64,000 nucleotides of DNA from Mobula hypostoma (taxonomy: Eukaryota), in contig NC_086109.1 in the NCBI RefSeq assembly GCF_963921235.1, positions 9,798,001 through 9,862,000 on the forward strand. The letters are read 5' to 3'. Shown one piece after another: positions 23,601 to 36,337 of this stretch. The notes under the pieces were generated by a model that was given only the letters and a program-made list of their open reading frames with translations, made no database searches and was not told where the DNA came from. Each line of letters starts with the position of its first letter. Position 1 is the first letter of the stretch. The position numbers were made by a program, and so were the translations under genes.

Positions 23601-26264
23601 TACAGCCAAGCATATAAGAACTGGTCATGCGGCCTTTTGCTCTTACGCACCAGAATTCTGGAATACTCTACTGACTGAGACATGCCAGGCTAGTACTGTG
23701 GAAAGTTTCAAAACACTTCCAAACACCTACTTTTTAAATTTGGTCTACTTGTAGGACAGGGGCTGAAACAGCTACTGAACCACTAACCAGAGCTCTCTGG
23801 AGCAAGGGGCCATGGGCCCCTCGGTTAATGGTAAGGGTCCAGGGCATTAAAAAGTTTAGGGACCTCTGCTCTGAAGGATAATAATCTGAAGAATAACTGT
23901 AATTTCACTCAAAGCTGTTCATGATTTTAATTTCCAAAAAATCCAATTTGATCTAATACTGACCTCCTCTTTTAATGAATGTTACTTTGAAGTAATCAAC
24001 ACAGAAAATGTTGGATCAAACCAGCACTGGAAAGAAAGAATATGATCACCAACAAGAAAAGGTCGGGGGGGGGGTGCAGTGGGGGGAAGGAACATAGAAG
24101 ATAGAATATTACAACACAGTGTGCAGGTCCTTTAGCCCACAATGTTGTGCTGAACTTTTAACCCAAGCTAACCTTTCCCTCTGTATAGTCCTTCATTTTT
24201 CTATCATCCATGTGCCAATCCAAGCGTTTCTTAAACATCCCTAACGCATCTGCCTCTGGCACCATCCCTGGCCAGGTAGTTCCATGCACCACTGCTCTTT
24301 GAGTAAAAAACCCATTTCTTGTCATGTCACAAGATGGTGGTGCACACGGTTGCAGTGGCCCCTCCGGCTCCAATCAACAGTGAAAGTATTTATTCTGTCC
24401 ATCTTTTCCATTAGTGGTACGCACTGCTGATAGTTTATTAACTTACTTGGGGTATTATAGTGTTTTATGTGCTGTGTGTGACGTATGTATTGTGGATACA
24501 CCGTGGAAACATTATTTCGTTTGGTTGTATGTATGCACAGTCAGAGGACAATAAACTTGAACTTGACCTTGGATGTGACATCCCTCCACTATGGTTTCCA
24601 CCTATCACTCACCTTAAAATTATGCCCCTCGTATTAGCCATTTCTGCCCTGGGAAAAGGTCTCGATCTGAGCCGCTTTTCATCTTGTACACCTCTAAAGA
24701 GAAAAACTCTAGCTCACTTAACCTACTGTCATAAGACGTTCTCATAAGCAGTGGAGGAAGAGTTGGCAGGTGAGAGGTAGATCCGGGTGAGAGGGTAATA
24801 ATAGACAGATGCGGGGGGGTGGGGGGGTGCAGGGCGAAGTGAGAATGACGATGATAGCAGGAATGCAGTCTCTCATGTCCAACTTTAAAGTGACGTGTTT
24901 AAACATTAACATCTGCTCTACAAAGTTTGTAATGACAACTCAAAGTGCAAGAAACTATTTCTTTGCAAGTACTCTATTCATTTAAAAAAAAATCAACTTT
25001 AAGTTCAAAACGCATGCGATCCTGCAGATGCTGGAAATCCAGACTAACACATCCAAAATGTTGGAGGAACTCAACAGGACAGGCAGCATCTATGGGGAAG
25101 AATAAACAACTGGTGTTTCAGGCTGAGATCTCTCATCAGGACTGGAAAGGAAGACTGAAGAAGCCGGAACAAGAAGGTAGGGGAACGTGGGGTATATTCA
25201 ACATCTTTTTCAGCAATTATAGTTGGACTTGTCAAGGTTAGAAGAAGAGAAGTCCTTCTAAATGTCATTCAGGATAAATCGTTTTGTGATTTGTTAACTC
25301 AGAAGTTGACATTCAACATTAATCAAAGGAAACAAGGTACCTAAATTACTGTATACCTCAAGACAACTCTTCCAATATGATTAAACAAATAATATGTCTT
25401 ATTTTGACTTTGTATGCAGTTCATTTTAATATCAGTCAAATTCCACTCATTTTTCTTTGTGAATATGCCACAATATTGGACAATGAGCAATGTCTGAACG
25501 ACAAATATTAGAGTCACAGTGATGTTGATGATCAAAATATTGTAGACAGGAAGTATGCTGCTTGTCATCTCTGTCAACAGGACAAGTGCCTTTGACATCA
25601 ACAATGACATTTTAAGCAAGTTCCTACGTGATGGCATAACTTCATTTCACCAAAGAGATGAACTGGACCGTGTCAGTAGAATAGTCTTTGTGGTTCTTTT
25701 TGTTACAATATAATTAAAGATTAACCTTGGTGCCTGAACAAAAGACGTGTGTTTTGCCTGATAATCCAGCTGGAATAATGTTCCTTGCTCATGCTGACAG
25801 TGCACTCTGATCACAGTTTGCGTCGGGCAGTTTAAGTTTGTCGCATCTGTCAGCTCAAGAACACATCTGGCCCAGAAGTTCAAGTGCGTGCCATTTAACA
25901 GGAGCATGAATAACAGCTGGTACAGCCACTGCCTCATGCTCCAGTGTCCCATGCTCAGTCCTCTCCTCCAGCTCAATCTGCGTAGTGTCTGTGTGTTCTT
26001 CCTGTAACTGTGTGTGTTTCTCCTGGATGCAACTTTATAAAACTCTGGTTAGCCCACATCTGGAGCATTGTGTACAGTGATCATTTATAAGAAGGATTGG
26101 GTACCAGAGGGCTCAGAGACACAGTGGTCTTTACCTCAGAAGTACTATGATGCTTGAAGATTAGTTTCCTGTGTGCCCAGTTCATGGTGAAGCACTTACA
26201 GAAGGTGTTGCTGTGGTAGAACGGGTTAACAAGGTGTTTTAACCTTGTTTGTTTGTCGAGCTCT

Positions 26265-26610
26265 TTCAACAATGCCCTTCCCTCCATCTACAGGTCAGAA
26301 GTGGGGATGTTCTTTGAAGATTGCACAATGTCTAACTCCATGAGTGACTCCCAGATAATGAAGCAATTCATTCGAAAACACAGTCGGACCTGGGCAATGC
26401 TCAGACTTGCCACTGATAAATGGCAAGTGACATTTGCAAAAGAACAAGTTTTGTGCTGTCACTGTCTCTAAAAAGAGAAATAGAACCATCTCCCTTCAGC
26501 ATGCAAACTGCACTGTCCACCATGCTGCTTGGAGGTCATCGTTGCCCAGAAGTATCACTGGAACTGCCACGTGAATGTTACAACTACAAGAGCAGTCCAG
26601 GGCCTGGATA
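26265..26610 (+). mobile_element. Old CR1-group RT fragment
   Basis: NALPSIYRSEVGMFFEDCTM...DKWQVTF corresponds to a degenerate FADD region. Confidence 0.7.
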
Positions 26611-27403
26611 TCATGTGATCAGTGACTCATCAATTAAGTGGCATTGAGACAGATGCTTAGAAAGGAAATTCTTGGAAGGATAACACACATGAGATATTGA
26701 AGAGACTGAGCTGATAAAGGGTTTCAGTCTGAAATATTGACTCTTTATTCCCCTCCACCCGCCTACCTCCCTCTCCCCTGGTCTCACTTATCACCTGCCA
26801 GCTTGTACTCTTTCCCCTCCCCCACCTTCCTTTTCTGGCTTCCCACCCCTTCCTTTCCAGTCCCAATGAAGGGTCAAAGTTCAAAACGTTAACTGTTTAT
26901 TTCTCTCCATAGATGCCGCCTGACCTGCTAAGTTCTTCCGGCATTTTGCAGGACCTCTTGTATTTATTCTTGGAAGGATACCATCCTAATGCAGGCAAAC
27001 AGGATTAGTTTTAGAGTCATAGAGTTCGGCAGCAGACCAACAGGCCCTTTGGCTCAGCTCATCCATGCCAACTCATGAGCTATGTTTGACCATTTCCTTC
27101 TAAACCAGCAGTTTCCAAACTTTTTAGTGCCATGGACCCCTACCATTAACTGAAGGGTCCGTGGACCCCCAGGGTGGGAACCCATGCTCTAAACCTTTCC
27201 TACCTGTGAATCTGTCTAGAAGTCTGTTAACTGTTGTGTTTGATCCCACCTCTAACACTTGCTCTAGCAGCTCTACACAAACACCGCTCACTGTGTGTAA
27301 AATTTGCCTCTCAAGTTCTTTTTAAAACTTTCAAGTCTTACCTTAAACCCATGCCTTCTAGTTTCAAACACCCTTATGCTGGGGCAAAGACTGCAACAGT
27401 CAA

Positions 27404-28304
27404 CCATCAAAGTTGCTGGTGAACGCAGCAGGCCAGGCAGCATCTCTAGGAAGAGGTACAGTCGACATTTTAGGCCGAGACCCTTCGTCAGGACTAACTG
27501 AAGGAGGAGTTAGTAAGAGATTTGAAAGTGGGAGGGGGAGGGGGAGAACCAAAATGATAGGAGAAGACAGGAGGGGGAGGGATGGAGCCAAGAGCTGGAC
27601 AGGTGATTGGCAAAGGGGATATGAGAGGATCATGGGACAGGAGGTCCGGGGAGAAGGACAAGGGGGGGGGACCCAGAGGATGGGCAAGGGGTATAGTCAG
27701 AGGGACAGAGCGAGAAAAAGGAGAGTGAGAGAAAGAATGTGTGTATAAAAATAAATAACGGATGGGGTACGAGGGGAAGGATCCTGCTTTCTCTGGCGGA
27801 CAGAGCGTAGGTGTTCAGCAAAGCGGTCTCCCAGTCTGCGTCGGGTCTCGCCAATATATAGAAGGCCACATCGGGAGCACCGGATGCAGTATATCACCTT
27901 AGCCGACTCACAGGTGAAGTGTCGCCTCACCTGGAAGGACTGTCTGGGGCCCTGAATGGTGGTAAGGGAGGAAGTGTAAGGGCATGTGTAGCACTTGTTC
28001 CGCTTACAAGGATAAGTGCCAGGAGGGAGATCAGTGGGGAGGGATGGGGGGGACGAATGGAATCCATCCCTCCCCCTCCTGTCTTCTCCTATCATTTTGA
28101 ATCTCCCCCTCCCCCTCCCACTTTCAAATCTCTTACTATCTCTTCCTTCAGTTAGTCCTGACGAAGGGTCTCGGCCTGAAACGTCGACTGTACCTCTTCC
28201 TAGAGATGCTGCCTGGTCTGCTGCGTTCACCAGCAACTTTGATGTATGTTGCTTGAATTTCCAGCATCTGCAGAATTCCTGTTGTTTGTCCTGTTGTTTG
28301 GTGT
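27404..28304. mobile_element. Penelope insertion with inverted pLTR ends
   Basis: Minus-strand GIY-YIG fragment (VIYCIRCSRCGLLYIGETRRRLGDRFAEHLRS) flanked by inverted pLTR copies. 13-bp TSD CTGCAACAGTCAA at 27391-27403 and 28305-28317. The paralogous site at ~30994-31006 is empty. Confidence 0.93.
28153..28190 (+). ncRNA. Minimal type-I hammerhead ribozyme, intact core
   Basis: TAGTC-CTGACGA-AGGGTCTCGGCCT-GAAA-CGTC-GACTG, with a palindromic ACGT helix III and a GUC cleavage site. Confidence 0.82.
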
Positions 28305-28681
28305 CTGCAACAGTCAATCTCACTCCTGCCCTGCATGGTTTAATAAACCTCTGTAAGGTTACTCCTCAGCCTCCTACGCTCCAGGGAAAAGTCCCAGCCT
28401 CTCCAGTCTCTCCTTATAACTCAAGGCCTCCAGTCCAGGCAACAATCTTGTGAACACAGATGCTGTAAGTAAAGAGCAATACACACAAAATGCTGGAGGA
28501 ACTCAGTAGGTCAGACTGCACAATGAAAATGAACAAATAGTTGATGCTTTGGCCTGAGAACCTTTATCAGGACTGACCAAGGGTCTCGGCCCAAATAGCC
28601 AACTGTTTGTTCATTTGCCTGGATGCTGCCTGACCTGCTGAGTTCCAACAATCTGGTGAATGTTTCCTGATGCACTCTCCC

Positions 28682-29012
28682 TGCTATGCCCGACCACAGT
28701 CCGACTCTGAGTCATCCGAAAACTTCGAGCTCTGATCAGCCCTCCGACACCGAGTACCAAGCACCATCTCTATCTGAATGTTTCGACCTCAGCCTCAGTC
28801 ACCAGCAGCAGGCAAAGCCGGGAATTTTGGGGCCTACCCTCCAGAGATTCTCGATCGCACAGTGACAACAGCAGCGAAACCAGGCATTTCAGAAATTTCT
28901 CCAGATGTTCCTCTGCTTCCCACGTCTGTCTTCATCAATTCAGAATTGCCACGGCCCCTATTTATCAGATACAATATCATTTCACATCGCGCTGCCATCT
29001 TCTCCTCCCGCC
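28682..29012 (-). mobile_element. Partial copy of the GATGGCG-headed SINE-like retroposon (cf. 10168)
   Basis: Reverse-complement match to 10170-10500. Absent from duplicate copy B. Confidence 0.75.
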
Positions 29013-29487
29013 TTGACGATTTGGTCCATCCGCCATTCCATCATGGCTGATTTATTATCCGTTTCAACCTCATTCTCCTGTCTTCTCCCTGCAACCTTTC
29101 ACACCCTTATTAATCAGAACCTATTAACCTCTGCTGCAAATATAATGAATTTCACAACATACTGTATGCCAGTGATATTAAACCTGATTTTGATTCTGAT
29201 TCTGATTCTGAAATATACCCAATGACTTGCCATCCACAGCCTTCTGTGTGGCGATGAATTCCACAGATTCGCCACCCTCTGGCTAAAGAAATCTCCCCTC
29301 ATCTCCATTCTAAAGGGACGTCCTGCCACCAGTTGCCAAAGCTTCAATGAAGTTGACAATTCGCATTCACAAGGGTTAGTAAATAATTAAAAAGTTACAA
29401 AATATAAAACCTGGAAAAAAAACAGACAGTTAAAATCAATTAAATATATTCTAATTTATTTAAGCAAATCAATTAAATAAAGTCTAC

Positions 29488-29783
29488 CTTCTCCTGGCGG
29501 CTGTTTTCTCTCAGTGACTTGTGACAGTTTAATCGAAAGTTGTCTCAGTGGGGAGTTTACTAAGCTTGGCTGCTGAGAACATTCCTGAAGACTGAGCCCT
29601 CCTGGTGGTTGTGAGGCAGGCATCTGCGCTTGACTCCAGGAATTCTGCAAGAAGGCGCAGGGACGTCCAACAGACTCATGGGGAGAGCAGTCCCAGTCTT
29701 TTAGTTTCTCACACTGTCCGCAGGCTCTGTTATTAACATCAATGCCAAAATCAAACAGTGAAAAGCTGTTTCTCATCCCCCTT
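29488..29783 (-). CDS. Putative internal exon of an unidentified gene (open in copy A)
   Basis: Acceptor TTGTGTTTAG and donor AAG|GTAGAC flank a 296-nt open frame (MRNSFSLFDFGIDVNNRACGQCEKLKDWDC...RKQPPGE). The segment is GC-richer than its AT-rich flanks and not TE-like. No protein family recognised. Confidence 0.4.
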
Positions 29784-32338
29784 CTAAACACAATTACTAC
29801 ACCTTTCCTCATAAATTAATTAATATTTGCCTTAGTAATGAATCTGTTCTGTACAAAACTTCATTTTTTATTTTGGAGCATAAGACGTAGGAAAAGAAAT
29901 AGGCCATTCAGCCCATCAAGTCTACTCTGCCATTCTATAATGGCTAATTTATATACCAGGCAGCATAGTAGCATAGTACTTAGCACAATGCTTTACAGTG
30001 CCAACAACGAAGGTTCAAATCCCACATCATCTGTAAAGAGTTTGTTTACTTCTCCCCATAATACATGCAGCTACAGTTTCCTCCCATAGTCCAATGATGT
30101 ACTGGTTGGTAGGTTAATTGGTCATTGTAATTTGTCGTGTGATTAATCTGGGGTTAAGTCAGGGGGTTGCTGGATGTTGCGGGTTGAAGGGATGGAAGGG
30201 CCTACTCTAGGCAGTATCTCAATAAATAAATAATCCCCTCAACCCCTCATTCTCCTGCCTTACTTTTTCCACAGATGCACCACTGAAGGCATTGTATCTG
30301 GATATATCACAGCTCAGTATGGCAACTGCTCCGCTCAAAACTACAATAAATTGCAGAGTTGTGGACACATCTCAGTCTATCATGAAAACCAGCTTCACCT
30401 CCATTACCTCTGCCTACACCTCTTGTTATCTCAGGAAAGCAACTAACATCATCAAGGGGTAACACACACAAAACGCTGCAGGAACTCAGCAGCTCGGGCA
30501 GCATCTATGAAGAGATACAGCAGACCTTCTGAGTTCCTCCAGCATTTTGTGTGCTGCTCTGGATTTCCAGCTTCTGCAGAATCTTTTGAGTTTGTTCTTG
30601 GAAGGATCCCATCCTAATGCAGGCAAACGGGATTAGCCTTAGAGTCATAGGCCCTTTGGCTCAACCAATCCATGCCAACCCATCTGCCCACCTGAGTTAA
30701 GCCCCACTTGAAATGTTTGACCCATTTCCCTCTAAATCAGGGGTTCCCAAACTTTTTTATGCCATGGACCCCTAACATTAAATGAGTGTTGGAGTCTAAA
30801 CCTTTCCTAATTGTGCTTAGAAGTCTGTTCACTGTTGTAATTGATCCCACCTCTAACACTTGCTCTGGCAGCTCCATACAAACACAACCCTATATGTGTA
30901 AAATATGCCTCTCCAGTTCTCTTTTTAAACCTTTCAAGTCTTCCCTTAAACTGATGCCTTCTAGTTTCAAACACACCTATGCTGGGACAAAGACTGTGAC
31001 AGTCAATCTTACTACTGCCCTGCAAGGTTTAATAAACCTCTGTAAGGTTATTTCTCAGCCTCCTGCGCTCCAGGGAAAACAGTCCCAGCCTCTCCAGTCT
31101 CTCATAACTCAAGGCCTCCAGTCAAGGCAACAATCTTGTGAACATAGGAGATTCTGCAGATGCTGTAAATACAGAGGAACACACACAAAATGCTGGAGGA
31201 ACTCAACAGGTCAGGCAGCATCCATGGAAAAGGATGCACAGTCGACGTTTTGGGCTGAGAAATTTCATCGGGACTGATGAAGGGTCGCGGCCCGAAACAT
31301 ATACTGTTTGTTCATTTGCATGGATGCTGCCTGACCTGCTGAGTTCCAACAATCTTGTGGATGTTTCCTGCTGCATCTCCAGCATAATCATATCCTTCTT
31401 ATAATTTGATGACTAAAACTTTGCACAGTATTCCAGATGCCTTCTCACTGACATCTTGTACAGCAGTCAGCGGGTAAAGTTCCAATCCTCCCATAGTGTA
31501 GATGGGCATAAAGAGTTGGCACTGACAAGATGGGCTGAAGGGCCTGTTTCTACGCGATATGACACTATGACCTCCTATCATCCCCAACTCTTTCTACATC
31601 AGCACAGCCGAAGCCAGGACTTTGAAGCCAGTCACCTCCAATAGCAATTGCAAACGGACAACATAATCTGGCCTGGCCAGTGACATCCACCAGAAGTTGA
31701 AAGAGTTAAGCTTCGAATCATCAATTGAAACAAAGGTGTAATAGAGATGATCATCCGCTACCCTCCTTCCTGTGGGTCCCAGGCACAATTTTTTTCTTGG
31801 GGGTGCGGAACAACTCCCATCTCCCCCACATGGAGAGGCACCGCAAGGGGCAAGGTGCTGGCTGCATTCACTGAAGGCCCTTGACTACATAAAAGCATAA
31901 GAAACAGGAAGAGCATTAGAGCATCTGGTCCATCAAGTTTGCTCCGCCATTCCATCATGCCCGATTTTTTTAATCCTCTTCAATCCCATTCTCCTGCCTC
32001 CTCCCTGCAACCTTTGAGCCCTTATTAATCAAAAACCTATTAACTGTTGCTTTAAGTGTGCCCAACAACTTGGCCTCCTCAGCCGTCTGTGGCAGTGATT
32101 TCCAGATTCACCACCTCTGGTTGACGAAATTCCTCCTCATCTCTGTTCTAAAGGTGCATCCTCCCACCTCTAAAATCAGCAGTTGCCAAAGCTTCCTTGA
32201 AATTGACAATTCACATTCACAAGCTTTAATAAATAATTTAAAAAGTTACAAAATATAAAACCTGGAAGAAACACAGACAGTTAAAATCAATTAAATACAT
32301 TCTAATGTATTTAAGTAAATCAATTAAATAAAGTCTAC

Positions 32339-32634
32339 CTTTTCTGGTGGCTGTTTTCTCTCAGTGACTTGTGCCAGTTTAATCGAACGTTGTCTCAGTG
32401 GGGAGTTTACTAAGCTTGGCTGCTGAGAGCATTCCTGAAGACTGAGCCCTCCTGGTGGTTGTGAGTCGGGCATCTGCGCTTGACTCCAGGAATTCTGCAG
32501 GAAGGTGTAGAGATATCCAACAGACTCAGAGGGGAGAGCAGTCCCGGTCTTTTAGTTTCTTACAGTGTCCACAGGTTCTGTTATTAACATCAATGCCAAA
32601 ATCAAACACTGAATAGCTGTTTCTTACCCTCATT
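32339..32634 (-). pseudogene. Duplicated, frameshifted copy of the putative exon
   Basis: Same splice-like sites. A +1 nt difference near 32530 gives a TGA in the copy-A frame, and a -1 nt difference near the donor restores the 296-nt length. Confidence 0.4.
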
Positions 32635-34657
32635 CTAAACATAATTACTACACCTTTCCTCTCCAATTAATTACTATTTGGCTTAGTAATGAATCTATGT
32701 TGTAGAAAACTTCACTTTTATTTTAGAGCATAAGACACAGGAAAAGAAATAGGCCATTCAGCCCATCAAGTCTACTTTGCCATTCTACAATGGCTAATGT
32801 ATAATACCGGTCAGCACAGTAGCGTAGTTGGACAGTGCCAGGGACTTGGGTTCAATTCCCATTGCTGCCGGTAAGGAGTTTTTATGTTCTCCCTACGACG
32901 GCATGAGTTTGCTCCAGGAGCTCCAGCTTCCTCCCACAGTCCAACGATGTACCAGTTGGTAGGTTAATTAGTCATTATAAATTGTCCCGTGATTAAGCTA
33001 GGGTAAATTTGGGGGTTGCTTGGCTGAAAGAGCGTACTGCAAGCTGTATCTCAATTAATTAATCCAAAAATAAATAAATAATCCCATCAAGCCCCATCCC
33101 ATTCCCTGCTTTACACTTCTACAGAGGTACCTCTGAAACCATTGCATCCGGCAGCATCACAGCTCGGTATGGCAACTGCTCTGCTCAAAACTACAACTAA
33201 TTGCAGAGCTGTGGACACATCTCAGTCTATCATGAAAACCAGCCTAGCCTCCATTAAGAGTCTATACCTCTTGCTACCTCAAGGGGTAATACACACAAAA
33301 TGCTGCAGTTACTCAGCATATCAAGCAGCACCTGTAGAGATATATATCGGACCTGCTGAGTTCCACCATCTGCAGAATCTCTGTGTCTGTGAACATATAG
33401 AAGAAACCCTCTCACTCCAGTCTTACTCTCTTCTCCCCCATTCCACCAGGCAGAAGATACAAAAACTTGAGAACATGTTAAAAGTTCAAAGTAAATTTAC
33501 TATCAAAGTACATTACCACATACAACCCCGAGATTCATTTTCTTTCAGGCATACTTAATAAATCTGTACTAGAATAATAACCATAATAGAAAGACCACAC
33601 CAATTTGGGTGTCTAACCAGTGTGCAAAAGACAAAAAAAAAATACATAAGGAAAGAAATAATAATAAATAAATAATACATATCGAAAACATGAAATGAAC
33701 AGTCATTGAAAGTGATGCACACTTTGTGGGAACATTTCAATGATGGGGCGAGTGAAATTGAGTGAAGTTATCCCCTCTGGTTCAAGAGCCTGATGGTTGA
33801 GGGGTAGTAACTGTTCCTGAACCTGGTGGTGTGAGTCAGTACCACCAGCATCAAGGATAGCTTTTATTCTGCTGTTATAAGACACTTGAAAGGACAACCT
33901 GATCATGATCATCATGACTCCAGTATTTCTACTATTTCTTAATGTTTCTTAATTGTACATATGATTTTTTTTTTGCGTTCTGTCGCTGAGCAGCAGTGAA
34001 CCATCTGATTAGCATATCAGAGCTCTCCTTGGGAACTAGTTGCCTTGATCAGCATTTCTGATATGGCTATTGTTCACGATTGCACTTAATAAAAAAAATC
34101 TTGCATGATAAACATGACCTCTTGACTTCTCAGTCCACATTTCCTTCTGCACACTGTTATTCTTTTCTGTTCCATGAAGAAGAATTCCAGCCCGAAACTT
34201 CAGCTCTTTGTTCATTTCCATTGATGGTGCCTGACTCGCTGAGTTCCTCCAGGATTTTGTGTGCGTTGCATTGTTTTCCCTTGTTTTACTTCAATGCCCA
34301 GGGTAATGAATAAAACACAATCTTCTGAATTCTATTTAGCTTTCCTTTTGCACTATTTCAGTGTGCCTATGTATAGAATGATCTGTCCAAATGGCACACA
34401 AAGTTTTCCACGATATCTCCATACAAGTGCCAGTAATAAACCAATTCGGAATGACCGATTCCCAATTAAGATGGTGCCACTCAAAGGCTAGTGCTCCTGG
34501 TCCTTTGGTCATAGTGGAATATGCTGAGTACAATCACTATGAACATATTCTTGGATTGAATTGTTATAGCATAATAAAGCCACTCAGGCCATGCTATTCT
34601 CCATAGATTAATCTATTTGCCCCACCTCCCTGAAATCCAGAATGGTTTCCAATCAAT

Positions 34658-35727
34658 ATAGAAACCATAGAAAAACTACAGCACAGAAACAGGCCTTTTG
34701 GCCCTTCTTGGCTGTGCCGAACCATTTTCTGCCTAGTCTACTGACCTGCACACGGACCAAATCCCTCCATACACCTCCCATCCATGTATCTGTCCAAGTT
34801 TTTCTTAAATGTTAAAAAAGAACCCGCATTTACCACCTCGTCTGGTAGCTCATTCCACACTCCCACCACTCTCTGTGTGAAGAAGCCCCCCTTAATGTTC
34901 CCTTTAAACTTTTTCCCCTTCACCCTTAACCCATGTCCTCTGGTTTTTTTCTCCCCTTGCCTTAGTGGAAAAAGCCTGCTTGCATTCATTCTATCTATAC
35001 CCATCATAATTTTATATACCTCTATCAAATCTCCCCTCATTCTTCTACACTCCAGAGAATAAAGTCCTAACCTATTCAACCTTTCTCTGTAACTGAGTTT
35101 CTCAAGTCTCAGCAACACCCTTGTAAACCTTCTCTGCACTCTTTCAACCTTATTAATATCCCTCCTGTAATTTGGTGACCAAAACTGAACACAATACTCC
35201 AGATTCAGCCTCACCAATGCCTTATACAACCTCATCATAACATTCCAGCTCTTATACTCAATACTTTGATTAATAAAGGCCAATGTACCAAAAGCTCTCT
35301 TTACGACCCTGTCTACCTGTGACGCCACTTTTAGGGAATTTTGTATCTGTATTCCCAGATCCCTCTGTTCTACTGCACTCCTCAGTGCCCTACCATTAAC
35401 CCTGTATGTTCTACCTTGATTTGTCCTTCCAACGTGCAATACCTCACACTTATCTGTATTAAACTCCACTTGCCATTTTTCAGCCCATTTTTCCAGCTGA
35501 TCCAAATCCCTCTGCAAGCTTTGAAAACCTTCCTCATTGTCTACTACACCTCCAATCTTTGTATCATCAGCAAATTTGCTGATCCAGTTTACCACATTAT
35601 CATCCAGATCATTGATATAGATGACAAATAACAATGGACCCAGCACTGATCCCTGTGGCACACCACTAGTCACAGGCCTCCACTCAGAGAAGCAATCCTC
35701 TACTACCACTCTTTGGCTTCTTCCATT
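34658..35727 (-). mobile_element. Young 5'-truncated CR1 LINE with uninterrupted RT C-terminal ORF
   Basis: ORF 34738-35709 (323 aa) reads SGVPQGSVLGPLLFVIYINDLD...KFADDTK...FFTQRVVGVWNELP. 3' hairpin and (TCTATGGTT)-type tail at ~34660-34710. Confidence 0.96.
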
Positions 35728-36057
35728 GAGGTTTATCAGCTTGACTTCCAGTCAGGTGAGTTTGGAACAGATGTCTGTGCAAGTCTGGAGTTTGAGGATT
35801 GGATTCCAAAGTCCCGTGATCAGCAAGTCCTGGAGTTGATACCAAAGGTCGGAGACTGAAATCGATGAAGCTGGAAGTTGACACCTGTTGATCAAAGCCC
35901 CCTGGCTCAGTGTGTTCAGATAGCAGAGTCCCTATGTCTGCAAGTCTCCAAGTCTAGACTGGAGACTGGAGGCTGGAGGCCCTGAAGCAGCCTGTCCTCT
36001 GGCTGGAGGCCTGTCTGTGATTCTGATCAGATGGGTGACAGGGTAGAAAGGCGCTTG

Positions 36058-36337
36058 TTTTATTGAGGTACAGTGTGGAACAGGCCATTCTCGCCCTTCA
36101 AGGCGCGCTGCCCAGCAACCCATCCATTTAACCCCAGCCTACTCAGGGGACAATTTACAATGAACAACTGACCTATCAAACGGTATGTCTTTGGACTGTG
36201 GGAGGAAACTGTAGCACCTGGAGGAAACCCAGGCAGTCACAGAGAGAATGTAGAAACTCCTCACAGGCAGTGACGGGAAATGAGCCCAAGTCACCTGTAC
36301 TGTAGAACGTTGTGCAAACGACTGCACTACCGTGCTG
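36058..36337 (-). mobile_element. V-SINE/HE1-like SINE
   Basis: Same core and tail as the SINEs at 7.4 kb and 16.2 kb. Confidence 0.7.

Larger units (their letters stand above)
26950..33360 (+). repeat. Tandem segmental duplication (copy A ~26950-30470; copy B ~30470-33360)
   Basis: Collinear blocks: GAAGGAT..CATCCTAATGCAGGCAAAC at ~26972 and ~30601; a unique block at 29330-29950 and 32180-32800; SINE plus Rex at 29960-30460 and 32810-33290. Confidence 0.92.

Noticed and set aside
34738..35709. Host gene or domesticated RT
   Set aside because: Ordinary 5'-truncated CR1 with its own 3' tail. The open frame reflects young age.
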